Source: an uncultured cyanobacterium | GTDB lineage: Bacteria > Cyanobacteriota > Cyanobacteriia > Cyanobacteriales > CAWUOF01 | Direction of reading: 5' to 3' | Assembly: GCA_963744145.1 (NCBI GenBank) | Contig: CAVUSO010000001.1 | Span: 5,632,001 to 5,696,000, forward strand | DNA length: 64,000 nt | Shown here: one piece after another, positions 13,639-25,133 of the stretch | Position numbering within the stretch: the first letter of the stretch is position 1 | Layout: each line of letters starts with the position of its first letter | Notes under the pieces: model-generated | Seen by the model: only the letters and a program-made list of their open reading frames with translations | What the model was told of the DNA's origin: nothing | Databases searched by the model: none | Program-made: the position numbers and the translations under genes

Positions 13639-13919
13639 TAAACAATGATATTTCTGCCAGAAATCAATCCCCTTTCGGCTAAATTACTAAAGCGAATTTA
13701 TCATCAAAGCCGACATCATCAAGTATGGTAGAGTTTCTCCTGATTGGGGCGTCCATCTCCTTGGTCACACTCTTTCCGTCCTTTACGACACCCCAATCCG
13801 AACTATTCCCATTTTTAATATTAATGCAGAATTGTTCGAGATTGGGACAGGCATTTTTGAGCGCTGTTATCCTCAAGCCAAATAGATTCAATACGCGCTC
13901 GGATCAAAGCAACAGGTAT

Positions 13920-16460
13920 TTAACTGTTCATCGACAGAATTTTTAGGGAAGTAATATTGGCAAAGTTATAGGCTCCTGCGCTTCCCCCTACTATAGGGTT
14001 TGCCGGCGTATACTTTTCAAAATGGCTAAAATAAGACATATTGAAAGCATATTCATTTTCGCTAATAACAATTTTGTAGGTTTTCTCTGCCTCCAAATCG
14101 ACCCGTACAAAAGAAGAGTCTCTCAAGTTGTCCCAGGACGTAGTATGAGGCAAAATCAAATATCCACTGCCGACAGAAGTTTCCTTGTGGTTAGCTAGTT
14201 CAAAAACTTCAATGTATTTCACCGCACAGGTCACACCCGTATTCAAGGAACCAGCTCCGTTTGCAGCACGAACTTGGATTAGGTAACGACCCGTTGTTGT
14301 TGGCTTAAACTCTTTAAGAACTAAGGTGTCTTCAGGTTTACCCCAATTTTGGTAATGAGGGTATCCATGGTTGTGAGATTCTTTAACTTCCTTATTGCTA
14401 CCAACATACTGCAAAGCTGTAATAGACTCAAAGACTTGCACTCGTTTACTTTCGGCTCCCCAATAACAAACAGGAGATGACTTTTGGGAGTAATTTTTGA
14501 TAGCTAAACTGTCCTTGCAGTAATAACTCTCCAGAGTGTAGCAATAACTTGGGGAAGACTCGCTCGTGTCCGGATCGACCCACGACTTTGTAGAACCTGA
14601 CAATCCTCCTTGTACCAGTTTATTATCACGATAGATATTAAATTTAATATCCTCATGCTTTTCTCCATTTGAGTCAAAGGTTAGTTCAATTTTGTTTGAT
14701 ACCAACTTAACAGATTTAACGATCGGATGTTTGGGGGCAAACAAGTTCTGCCATTCGTTCGTCGCCGAAATCAAATTAATTGTCCCTTCATTGTTGCTGA
14801 GTTGCGATTGAGAAGGGGCTGACAATTCAATTTCAATTTGATTACTACTCTGAAGTTTATTGCTGTCAATGAAGGCTTTTTGATCTGAAACCAGTTCGTC
14901 ATTCAGTTTGATACTGGAAATACTATATACTCCCCCACTTGCAGGGCGAGTATTAGGCAGTTTCACCCTGACAGAGATAGTTTTTCCTTGGTAGGGAAAG
15001 TTATTTAAAGTGAGTAATTGAGTATCACCAAACATTTCTTTACCTAGCTCGCAGGTGATGTAAGGAAGAAAACGAATGCCCTTATCGTTGGTTTCAAGAC
15101 CAAAAATGATATCGTTCACCATCGAGAGATAGCCGGCGATCGACCAAAGTTGAGCCGGAGAATTTACCTCTGGGCCAGATGTTCCGTTTTCTTTAATGTA
15201 AGTTTCTCCCGACACCATCTCAAAATTTTCCATATTTGAGCGATAGCGGATTACACCCTGCATCAGGGATTTAATGCCATGATTGACTGCATTAACATTC
15301 CCAACTTTGTGGGCGGCTTTGACCCAATAGGCGGTGACAAAAGGCCATATAGAACGATTATGATAGATCTTTGTCTTTTGCTGTTGAGGCCAAATCACTG
15401 AAGGGCCACTAGACAAGACGGGATATTTCTCAATGATTTCTTTTGATTGCTGTGGCGTCGCCACCTCTAACAAAATTGCCAGGCTCAATCCGAGTAGGTC
15501 AAATTGATGGGCCGGATTTTGATCTAGGAACGTGGTGATAAATGTGGAGTAAAGTTTAGTGTCTTCTAAATAAAAGCGATCGCGAATCGCCTGTTTAAGC
15601 GCTTGTGACCACTCCAGATACTGTGTAGACAGATCAGATAGCTCTTTCTTTTGGGACAAATCGGACGGTGCGACCTTCTGGGCTAAGTCAGCGGCTAACT
15701 CTAGAATGCTTAGATGGAGCAGGTTTGTGGATAGGCTCTTAGACATACCCACATGAATAACGTCTTCAGCGACCCAAGCCGGGTAGGTTTGCTCCCGCCA
15801 ATCTAGAAAAGACTGTTCCCCGTAGTATAGACCGTCAATTTTATCAAAAACCACCTGGCGATCGTGGTTAATGGTGTTTTTAATGATTTCAAAGGCTTCC
15901 TGCTGGAAGTTTTGCCTTTCTTCTCCCGATAGATAATGTAGGAGTTTTGCCGCTCCCAAAGCCCACACTACTCGATCCGAAGAAATCGGATAGCTCCCTC
16001 CTGTACCTGTGTCTTGAACGATTTGTTTATTGGTTTTTTTTCCCAACTTGGATCTCAAGTCGGAGGTCTTAAACTTCAGGGATTTGAGGGCAGTTTTAGG
16101 CTTTAGCGCGGCAAATGCCAGGTGAACAGCATAAGAAGTATCGCGAGTCCAGACATAATTCCATTTTGCCCCAGCCTGAAAACAACCATCGGGCCGACAG
16201 TCGATTGGTTGATTATTGTTAAAACTTTGATCCTTAATTTCAGAAACAGCGTCCTCTTCCATTTCAATGACGGCAAGAGCATACAGTACATCAAATATTC
16301 TGTTGTTCGTGGTGATGGAGGGTTGCCCGTCCCGTAGGTACAAGACTCTAGGGTTAGGAAGTGGCGCTGTTTGAGGGTGGTTGTTTTGAGGCTGAAAGTT
16401 TGATTCTAAGCTGGCAGTTTCTTTTGCTTGACGGAGAATTTCTTGGAATGAAAGAGTCAT
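13920..16460 (-). CDS. Six-hairpin glycosidase (amylo-alpha-1,6-glucosidase/MGH1-like) with C-terminal beta domains
   Basis: YVWTRD, QDTGTGGSYP, GEQSFLDWREQTYP, YHNRSIWPF, QLWS motifs; FN3/CBM-like tail. Confidence 0.75.
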   Translation of the reverse strand: MTLSFQEILRQAKETASLESNFQPQNNHPQTAPLPNPRVLYLRDGQPSITTNNRIFDVLYALAVIEMEEDAVSEIKDQSFNNNQPIDCRPDGCFQAGAKWNYVWTRDTSYAVHLAFAALKPKTALKSLKFKTSDLRSKLGKKTNKQIVQDTGTGGSYPISSDRVVWALGAAKLLHYLSGEERQNFQQEAFEIIKNTINHDRQVVFDKIDGLYYGEQSFLDWREQTYPAWVAEDVIHVGMSKSLSTNLLHLSILELAADLAQKVAPSDLSQKKELSDLSTQYLEWSQALKQAIRDRFYLEDTKLYSTFITTFLDQNPAHQFDLLGLSLAILLEVATPQQSKEIIEKYPVLSSGPSVIWPQQQKTKIYHNRSIWPFVTAYWVKAAHKVGNVNAVNHGIKSLMQGVIRYRSNMENFEMVSGETYIKENGTSGPEVNSPAQLWSIAGYLSMVNDIIFGLETNDKGIRFLPYITCELGKEMFGDTQLLTLNNFPYQGKTISVRVKLPNTRPASGGVYSISSIKLNDELVSDQKAFIDSNKLQSSNQIEIELSAPSQSQLSNNEGTINLISATNEWQNLFAPKHPIVKSVKLVSNKIELTFDSNGEKHEDIKFNIYRDNKLVQGGLSGSTKSWVDPDTSESSPSYCYTLESYYCKDSLAIKNYSQKSSPVCYWGAESKRVQVFESITALQYVGSNKEVKESHNHGYPHYQNWGKPEDTLVLKEFKPTTTGRYLIQVRAANGAGSLNTGVTCAVKYIEVFELANHKETSVGSGYLILPHTTSWDNLRDSSFVRVDLEAEKTYKIVISENEYAFNMSYFSHFEKYTPANPIVGGSAGAYNFANITSLKILSMNS

Positions 16461-17386
16461 ACAGTTACCCTGCGGTTATTTGTTTAGATTTGAGGAAACA
16501 TCCTAACTTAAGTGATTATTTAACTGACCGATCGCCCGCGGCCACATGGCCTTGCCGAAAATTTGTGTGATGAGCGATCGCCCCAGCCTACTCTCTAGGA
16601 CTTACGCATTAACCAAAAATATCATTTATGTCTACAAGTCCGTACCAGGATTGGCAATATTCTCCAAAATATCCACTTTATCAATCCAAATTCTTTTAAA
16701 TGAGTGATTAACCATTACGGGGCAAGGCATTGACAGAAAAATAAAGCCAGTCAGATCAGCGATCTTATTTTATCTAGAATCTGAACCAGCTAGCTTGCAC
16801 AAATTCGGGAATACAAATTTAGCATACTAGATACTTAATAGTCAAAGATATTAACAAAAAACTTTAATTATTTACATTAATTAATTATCACATAAAAAAA
16901 ATTTTCATAAAACATCATTGACAGCTTGTCTGATGGTGCTGTAAGGTGCTGTAAAGTCAAAAAAAAAGTAACAGCCAATAGCCAATACTTGTTAAACAAG
17001 TAGTTAACTAAAAGTTTCGGCCACTCCTCGTGTGTTCGTTTATTACTTAGGCTGTGCTTCACACAAAAGTACATTGAAATAGGTCAAATTTTTGACAGCG
17101 TTAGCATCAATACTGAAATTATTTTTATCGTTTGCTGATTTTCCTTAGAGGAGATCCGTTTCCAAGCTGACTTGGTACTGAGAAAAAGAATATCTACTGT
17201 AATACACAGCAATTTTTTCCCTCTAAAAATTCAGATATTCACTTGGGCAAGCGTCTTAAAGATGTAAAGACAAACCGAACCGTATTATGACTGCAAGTAC
17301 AAACACTAAAGTTAATCAGTACGGATAGCCTGTTGAAGAGACGGAAGTTGTCACACTAACAAGAGCGTTACACAAAGGAAAAAGCT

Positions 17387-20303
17387 ATGACATCAATTCA
17401 AGAAACAGCTGAAGGAAAAAGATTAGCAGAGGATCGGGACAAGATAAAATATTGGAAGCGTTGGGGTTCATATTTAAGCGATCGCCAGTGGGGAACGGTC
17501 AGAGAGGACTATAGCTATGATGGTTCAGCTTGGGGCAATTTTTCCCACGACCAAGCTCGTTCCCGTGCTTATCGGTGGGGCGAAGATGGGATTGCTGGAA
17601 TTTGCGATAATCAGCAGAGAGTTTGTTTCGCGATCGGGCTGTGGAATGAGAAAGACTCGATTCTCAAAGAAAGGCTATTTGGTTTAATTAATAGCGAAGG
17701 AAATCACGGAGAAGATGTCAAAGAATATTACTTCTATACTGATAATACACCGACTCATTCCTACATGAGTTGTCTGTATAAATATCCTCAAAAAGCTTTT
17801 CCTTATAGCGATTTAATTAACACAAATGGACATCGAAAATCGACGAATTCATCAGCTCTTGAATACGAGTTGATAGATACAAAAATTTTTGATGATAATC
17901 GCTACTTTGATGTTTCAATAGAGTACGCCAAAAATTCACCAGAAGATATTCTGATCCGAATTTCTGTAACTAATCGGGGTCCAGAATCAGCCAAACTACA
18001 TCTTTTACCAACGATTTGGTTCCGCAATACTTGGGCTTGGGGATATGAAAATCAGAAGAAAGAAGATAAATACTTAAAGACCGTTAGTGCCACATCTAAT
18101 TTAAGTGTAATAGAAGCTTCGTGTAACGACCAGAAGCATTTAGGAAAAAGATGGCTTTATTGCGAAGCGCCCAAAGAGCTGCTCTACACAGAAAACGAAA
18201 CTAATAAACAAAAATTTGGCTGGGGAGATAATTCATCCAAATACGTCAAAGATGGGATCGATAATTATATTGTGTCCGGTCAAAAAAATGCAGTAAATCC
18301 TGATCAAATAGGAACCAAAGCATCAGCTCATTATGACTTAACGGTTGGTCCTGGGGAAACAAAAATTGTTCGACCTCCGCTTGAGTGATCTAGAGAATTT
18401 AGCGGGGCCATTCGATGCTAATTTTGATAATATCTTCACCCAGCGTCAACAGGAAGCCGATACATTTTATCAGGCTGTTTGTCCCCATCCAATTTCACCA
18501 GATATGCGTTCAGTCCAGCGACAAGCTTTTGCTGGTCTGTTGTGGAGCAAGCAATTTTATCACTATGTAGTATACGACTGGCTCAATGGCGATCCCAACC
18601 CACCGAAGCCACCAGAGCAACGTAAAAGAGGTAGAAACCGTGATTGGCAGCATTTATTTAGTGAAGATATTATCTCCATGCCAGATAAATGGGAATATCC
18701 TTGGTTTGCTGCTTGGGATTTAGCTTTTCATACAATTCCTTTTGCACTGATAGATCCGGAATTTGCCAAGAAGCAACTATATATATTCACGCGGGAATGG
18801 TATCTACATCCTAACGGTCAAATGGCAGCTTATGAGTGGAATTTTGGGGATATAAATCCGCCTGTTCACGCTTGGGCTGCATGGCGCGTCTACGAAATAG
18901 AACAAAAGGTGTACGGTATAACCGATACAAATTTCCTCGAAGATGTTTTTCAAAAGTTATCTCTGTACTTTACTTGGTGGATTAACCGGAAGGATTCAGA
19001 AGGAAACAATATCTTTGAAGGAGGATTCTTAGGATTAGACAATATTGGCGCGATCGATCGCAGTAACATTACTATTCAAGGGGCAGTGATCGAGCAGTCT
19101 GATGGTACTAGCTGGATGGCAATGTTCTGCCTGAATATGCTGAAGATAGCCGCAGAACTAGCCCAGGAAGATCAGAAATTGGCTGAAGCTTACGAACAGC
19201 TGCGTCAAAAATATCAGACCGTTGCCCTTGAACAACAAGATCAACAACTGATCGAAACTTATCAAAAACTAGTCAATCAGTCTAACCGAGTCAACTACGA
19301 AGACATGGCATCCAAATATTTTCAGCATTTCCTGTTGATAGCTGATGCTATGAATAAAGTGGGAGGCCAAAATGTCGATATATGGGACTCCAGTGACAAG
19401 TTTTACTACGACATTTTGAAGGCTCCTCCGGGCCAAGTAGTAGGTGCCGATAACACCGGTGCCTTATCAATGAAAGTGCGATCGATGGTAGGGCTAATTC
19501 CACTATTTGCTGTGGAAACAATTGCACAAGATTTGGTAGGATCTTATTTGAATGACGATTTTATAGACCGGATGAATTGGTTTATTAAGAATCGCCCCCA
19601 ACTGACAGCTCACCAAAATATCCAACTCGTTTCTCCCAGCGAAGGTCAAAAGGGAAAAGGATTGTATTTATCCCTAGTGAATAAAGAGCGGCTTCAAGAT
19701 ATCTTGAAAAGACTACTGTCCACCGAGGAATTTTTGGGCGATTACGGGATTCGGGCTTTGTCAAAATTCCACCACCAGCATCCTTACGAATTGAGATTAA
19801 CAAATGGTCAGGTAAGTCGTGTAGAATACGAACCAGGCGAATCAAAGTATCAATTGTTTGGGGGCAATTCTAATTGGCGCGGCCCGATTTGGATGCCGGT
19901 GAATTTTCTGCTGATTGAGTCTCTCCAAAAGTTCTATTATTACTGGGGAGATGAAATAAAAGTTGACTGTCCTAATGCCCAAGGGCAAATAGTAAAGATG
20001 AACTTGTGGGAAGTATCAATAGAGTTAACTCGCCGGCTGATAAGTATCTTCCTGAAAAAACCTGCTCCCAATCCCTTTCAATCCTCCTCCACAAATGAGT
20101 GGCGACCAGTTTATGGTGGCACGGACAAATTTCAAAACGACCCCCATTGGCGCGACTTGATTCTTTTCTATGAGTATTTTCATGGAGATATTGGTGCTGG
20201 AATTGGTGCCAGCCATCAAACTGGCTGGACTGGAGTAATAGCGACATTAATTCAGACCTGGGGAGAATATCCGGCTCAAAATAAGACACCAGATATGGAA
20301 TAG
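17387..20303 (+). CDS. GH63/MGH1-like glucosidase with +1 frameshift at about 18374
   Basis: WGTVREDYS, GNHGEDVKE, MPDKWEYPWFAAWDLAFH, GFLGLDNIG, EYFHGD, GASHQTGWT; two ORFs join as VRLRLS if one C is removed. Confidence 0.85.
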
Positions 20304-20495
20304 TCGTCGATAGTTTGAATCACACAAATTATCCACTTTAGCTGGAGCGTGCGTCTCGCCAGGGACGCCCCTCATCTAACCGCCAGTTTTAACTGGTGGT
20401 GTGTACCGAGTCTAAAACGGGATGCCCTCCATGAAATAGAAGGGAGATGCTCAAGTCATCCCCCTCATCTTACAAGTAACCAAAAGGAGTAACCA

Positions 20496-22334
20496 ATGAG
20501 TCAAAATCAGATCAGTCCAAATCAGCAAATTAACGCATCTTTTATCAAGTCTGAGACGGTATCTCAAACGACCTATGATGCTGTCATCGTAGGATCGGGA
20601 GTGGCAGGAGCCATTGTTGCCAAAGAATTGAGTCAACAAGGAAAAAAGGTTTTAATCATTGAGGCGACAGAAGGAAAAGGTTTAAATCTGAAGGAATTTC
20701 AAAGTTACATCGACGCATACTACAGTTCGGTAGCTAAAGATGACAACTCCCCGTATCCCAAAAACCCCAATGTTCTAAGCCCCCTTGATTACAATGACTA
20801 TTTTGTCGAGAAGGGTCCTATGCCCCTGGCAGGTTCCTATACGCGGGTCATGGGTGGGACAACCCTCCACTGGGAAGCGAAGACCCCACGGATGCTACCA
20901 GAAGATTTCCAGTTATACACTAAATATAAACAAGGTCGTGACTGGCCAATTGCTTATGACAAGATCATCCCCTACTATAACAAAGCGGAGTATGAAATGG
21001 GGGTTTCTGGGGATGTAGAAGACCAAAAATCACAAGGCATCAAATTTATACCAGAAGACTATGTTTTTCCAATGGAAAAGATGCCTGCCTCTTTCTTGGA
21101 TCAGAAAGTTATTGAAAAAGTTGCTGGGACTGAAGTTAAACTTTATGACGAACCTTATAAATTAAACTTTGGTTCTTTTCCTCAAGCCCGCAACGGCGTA
21201 CCTAATCCTAAGTACGATAAGGGTAACCTCTTTGTTCCCGACGGAGTTACTGGTACTAATCCTGTTCAGTATGGGGAACGTTGCCAAGGAAACAGCAATT
21301 GTGTTCCTATCTGTCCCGTACAAGCCAAATATGATGCTCGTCGAAGTTTAACTAAAGCCTTACACACCGGTCATGTTCATATCCTCGCTAAAGCAGTAGC
21401 TTATCAGATAGAATTCGAGCCTGAAAAAGGTCGAGTCACTGCCATTAAATATAAGCTTTATGAAGACCCTCAATCTCCCAAATACACGACAGGACAAGCC
21501 AAAGGGAAATTATTTGTCTTAGCTAGTGGGGCGATCGAAAACGCTAAGTTGATGCTGGCTTCTGATTTGCCTAACAAAAGCACAATGATCGGGCGGAATT
21601 TAATGGATCACCCTTTCACCTTAGCTTGGGCTTTGATGCCGGAAGTAACTGGCACTCTGCGGGGTCCCCTGGTTACATCAGGAATCACCACATTTCGTGA
21701 CGGTCAATTTCGTAACAAACAATCCGCCTTCGCGGTAGATATTCACAATGATGGTTGGGGATGGGCAACAGGATCGCCTTCCACTAATGAAGTGCTGGAT
21801 GCAGTTGACAAGAAAAATAAATATGGTGCCGATCTGCGCCAGACATTAATTAGTCGGATTTCCCGACAACTACTGCTGGCTTTCATGTGCGAATTACTCC
21901 CCGAACCCAGTAATCGAATAACCATCGATCCAAAGTACAAGGATAAACTGGATAATTATCGTCCTGTTATTAACTTCAACCTACCTGACTACACGATCAG
22001 AACTCTTGCCTACACCAGAAAACTCTCGCGTGTAATCTTTCAGCGTTTGGGAGCGGAAGATTATACCGAATACAGTCCTCAAGACCACGCCTATTTTGAG
22101 TATGAGGGTGAAGGTTATTTTTACCGAGGGGGAAACCACTTTTCCGGAACTCATATCATGGGAACCTCAAGCAGCGACTCAGTTGTTGATGAAAATCTGC
22201 GTTGTTGGGAGCATGATAATCTCTACGCAATTGGCGCGGGGAGTATGCCAAGTATCGGCAGTTCAAATACAACATTGACAATTGCTGCGTTGAGTTTTAA
22301 GGCTGCTGAACATATGCTGAACAGAAAGGATTAA
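20496..22334 (+). CDS. GMC-family FAD oxidoreductase (sugar dehydrogenase large-subunit type)
   Basis: GSGVAG FAD motif, GGTTLHW, CQGNSNCVPICP, GRNLMDH, HIMGT, NTTLT. Confidence 0.9.
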   Translation: MSQNQISPNQQINASFIKSETVSQTTYDAVIVGSGVAGAIVAKELSQQGKKVLIIEATEGKGLNLKEFQSYIDAYYSSVAKDDNSPYPKNPNVLSPLDYNDYFVEKGPMPLAGSYTRVMGGTTLHWEAKTPRMLPEDFQLYTKYKQGRDWPIAYDKIIPYYNKAEYEMGVSGDVEDQKSQGIKFIPEDYVFPMEKMPASFLDQKVIEKVAGTEVKLYDEPYKLNFGSFPQARNGVPNPKYDKGNLFVPDGVTGTNPVQYGERCQGNSNCVPICPVQAKYDARRSLTKALHTGHVHILAKAVAYQIEFEPEKGRVTAIKYKLYEDPQSPKYTTGQAKGKLFVLASGAIENAKLMLASDLPNKSTMIGRNLMDHPFTLAWALMPEVTGTLRGPLVTSGITTFRDGQFRNKQSAFAVDIHNDGWGWATGSPSTNEVLDAVDKKNKYGADLRQTLISRISRQLLLAFMCELLPEPSNRITIDPKYKDKLDNYRPVINFNLPDYTIRTLAYTRKLSRVIFQRLGAEDYTEYSPQDHAYFEYEGEGYFYRGGNHFSGTHIMGTSSSDSVVDENLRCWEHDNLYAIGAGSMPSIGSSNTTLTIAALSFKAAEHMLNRKD

Positions 22335-22447
22335 CTTAAAAAATAAACTTAAAGAGTTTCACAACTCTTTAAGTTTATAACTCTTTAAGTTGATAACTAC
22401 CGTCATCCACATTAAAGAATTGCCAACACATTACGAGCCAACTTATT

Positions 22448-23536
22448 ATGAGTACAGACGAAAGCTTAAAACTGATTACAACGGTTGAGAAATTGCAGGT
22501 CTATCTCAAAACGGCAATGAAGATAGAACACGCAACTATTCCCCCTTACCTTACAGCTCTTTACTCCCTGAAACCGGGAAAAAATTTAGAGGTTTTTCAT
22601 ATTATCCGGCAGGTGGCTGTAGAAGAAATGCTACACTTGACTCTGGTAGCAAATGTTTTTAATGCCGTGGGAGGAAGTTGGGAAGAAGGGATACTGACGG
22701 CAGATGATTTTATTCCCACATATCCTACCTTTCTCCCTACAGGAGAGACAGACTTTCAAGTAGGTTTATGCAAGTTTTCTAAGGAGACAGTAGCGACTTT
22801 TCGGAAGATTGAACGGTCTGCACATGTTCCCGAACGCAACACATTAGTTGAGTCTCGAGCCAAACAAGAATTTTTGGCTGCTCACGGCTGGGATCAGGTC
22901 AATATCTTCGACACTATTGGCTTATTTTATGCCGAAATAATTCGTGGCCTGTATGCGCTCCATAAAGAAATGGGTGATAAGCTGTTTTGTGGCGAGCGTG
23001 ACCGGCAAATCACCCCGGAATACTACTATAGTGGTGGCGGAGATATCATTACAGTGACGGATATCAATTCAGCCATACGAGCCTTAAAAGTAATTCAAGA
23101 ACAGGGTGAGGGGTCAAGAATCGAAGCGATTTATGACGCAGAACGAGAACTGGGCCATGACTTTCGGTTTGAGCAAATAGAATTAGAGAAATACTATGAA
23201 GTAAATAAGGATGATCCTGAAAAATCCGATCAACCTCATCATCCTACGGGGGAAACATTTACCGTAGATTGGAATGCAGTTTATCCGATCAAAGAGAATG
23301 CCCACCTGCACGATTATCCTGAAGGCTCAGAAGTGTATCAAGCAGCTAAAGATTTCCATGATGGCTACCGTAACTTCCTGCAAGAGATTCAAAACTCTTT
23401 TAATGGAAATCCCCAACTGTTAATTCCCGCGATCGGGGGAATGTTCCGTCTTAAGGAACTAGCCATTTCTCTAATGCGTAATCCTATTCCGGGTAATGAT
23501 GGGCTGAATGCCGCTCCGATCTTCCGTCTAGACTAA
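22448..23536 (+). CDS. Ferritin-like protein (VioB C-terminal/iminophenyl-pyruvate dimer synthase-like fold)
   Basis: IEHATIPPYLTALYS, VEEMLHL, EQGEG and LGHDFRF di-iron-type motifs. Confidence 0.82.
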   Translation: MSTDESLKLITTVEKLQVYLKTAMKIEHATIPPYLTALYSLKPGKNLEVFHIIRQVAVEEMLHLTLVANVFNAVGGSWEEGILTADDFIPTYPTFLPTGETDFQVGLCKFSKETVATFRKIERSAHVPERNTLVESRAKQEFLAAHGWDQVNIFDTIGLFYAEIIRGLYALHKEMGDKLFCGERDRQITPEYYYSGGGDIITVTDINSAIRALKVIQEQGEGSRIEAIYDAERELGHDFRFEQIELEKYYEVNKDDPEKSDQPHHPTGETFTVDWNAVYPIKENAHLHDYPEGSEVYQAAKDFHDGYRNFLQEIQNSFNGNPQLLIPAIGGMFRLKELAISLMRNPIPGNDGLNAAPIFRLD

Positions 23537-23647
23537 GCAAGATATCGCTCATTAATAGCAAGTATTTGCCTGATGAGCGATGACTTAGTGTTCTAAAACT
23601 GATAATCTACTTGCCGATCTAAATTTATTTATGGAGGTCAACAACGG

Positions 23648-24196
23648 ATGAACACTCAAGCACAGGATACTAAACCAATAGAGCCTATAGATCCTAGAGC
23701 AATGGAGTATTTTCTCGATTTATCAGTGGTCTTAACTGGTTTTTCTAAGTTTCATCTCCAGGGAACCGGACAAGCAGATCTTTACTTTCAAACCATTAAA
23801 GACGTCATTGGTAAAGAGTTGTTTACGGAACTGCTAGAAACCTTTCATAAAATTCATCACCAAGACCAACACACCACCCAAAAACTCAATGAAGAGACGA
23901 TCTTGACTAAAGGACTTCGTTTGGAAATTCTGGGATCTGAAAAATTAGGACCGATCGCCCGCAATATAATCAAGCTTTGGTATCTGGCCACTTGGTTCAA
24001 ACTACCAAAAGATTGGCGAAATGATTTTGGGAATAAAGTAGATGATAAAGACTTTGTTCCCAGTCCAGCAGCCTATCCAGAAGGACTTGTATGGCCGGCG
24101 GTTGGTGTTAGCCCACGAGGCGCGAAACCTTTTGGATATGGGAGTTGGAGCAAAGAACCTTTCAAAGACCCTTTAGTCAGCCTTAATCAAGACTAA
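23648..24196 (+). CDS. Sorbitol/glucose dehydrogenase small-subunit-like protein
   Basis: FLDLSVVLTG, ARNIIKLWYLA, YPEGLVW..GYGSW motifs; same operon as the GMC gene. Confidence 0.7.
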   Translation: MNTQAQDTKPIEPIDPRAMEYFLDLSVVLTGFSKFHLQGTGQADLYFQTIKDVIGKELFTELLETFHKIHHQDQHTTQKLNEETILTKGLRLEILGSEKLGPIARNIIKLWYLATWFKLPKDWRNDFGNKVDDKDFVPSPAAYPEGLVWPAVGVSPRGAKPFGYGSWSKEPFKDPLVSLNQD

Positions 24197-24270
24197 CACT
24201 GAACTTCTCAACAAAGACCCATTTTTGTTCCTGACCCAATTGCCCAAAATTCCTAATTCTCAGACTGAAT

Positions 24271-24963
24271 ATGAAGATTACATCTTGGTTTCGTAAACTT
24301 TCTACTGTTGCCCTGTCTCTGATCATTAGCTTAACGCTATTTAGTTTGCCCGCTCACGCTTTTGTTACTTCAGATTTGCAGAAGTTGATCGATGCTAATT
24401 TGCAGACGTTGATAAATACTAATGCCTGTAATTCCTGCAATCTATCAGGAGTAAATCTATCTGGGAAAGATTTATATGGCAGCGCACTCAATGATGCCAA
24501 TCTTTCTGGAGCTAATCTTTCCGATGCCCTACTCAATGATGCCAAGCTTAACAGAGCTAATCTGACGGGAGCTAATCTGACGGGAGCTATCTTGATGGGG
24601 ATCAGCTTGTCCGAGGCTGACCTAACGGGGGCTGATCTTTCTAAGGCAAATTTGTATAATGCCTTGATGAGTAAGACCAAGCTGTTAAACACGAATTTTA
24701 ACGGCGCAGATTTAACTAGCGCTATTATCTCTGATGCAGATTTGTCTAATGCTTCGGCGAAAAGTGCCAAATTAAGCGGAGCACGTCTTAATCGTTCCAA
24801 GTTATTGACGGCAGATTTTTCCAATAGTTCCATGAGAAATACCAGGTTGGTAGATGCCAAGCTTGATGGAGCTATTTTCTATGGTGCTGATCTGTTGAAT
24901 TCGACTATGCCTGACGGGACTACTTATAACGGAAAAGTCGTCCAGTTTGGGGCCTATCAGTAA
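24271..24963 (+). CDS. Exported pentapeptide-repeat protein
   Basis: Signal peptide ending AHA; CxxC; A(N/D)LxG repeats; MPDGT end. Confidence 0.9.
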   Translation: MKITSWFRKLSTVALSLIISLTLFSLPAHAFVTSDLQKLIDANLQTLINTNACNSCNLSGVNLSGKDLYGSALNDANLSGANLSDALLNDAKLNRANLTGANLTGAILMGISLSEADLTGADLSKANLYNALMSKTKLLNTNFNGADLTSAIISDADLSNASAKSAKLSGARLNRSKLLTADFSNSSMRNTRLVDAKLDGAIFYGADLLNSTMPDGTTYNGKVVQFGAYQ

Positions 24964-25133
24964 GAACTGAATCCTTACAGATAATAAAGTTACACGCAGC
25001 GTTAATAAGTTTATGACACCAGCTAGCAATGAGTTTGATGATCAGTTTGATTTAGCTTTTGACTCATTGCTAACTGGTGGATAGTTCTCCTTTGATCACC
25101 GTTCGCTCGATGAGTAATCACTAAGCCATAGCC

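Noticed and set aside
13679..13891. 70-aa minus-strand ORF after the glycosidase
   Set aside because: TTG start, no RBS or recognisable family; possibly a remnant but unsupported
24354..24860. 168-aa antisense ORF, and similar short antisense ORFs inside secA, the helicase, MoxR and others
   Set aside because: Shadow frames of well-supported genes
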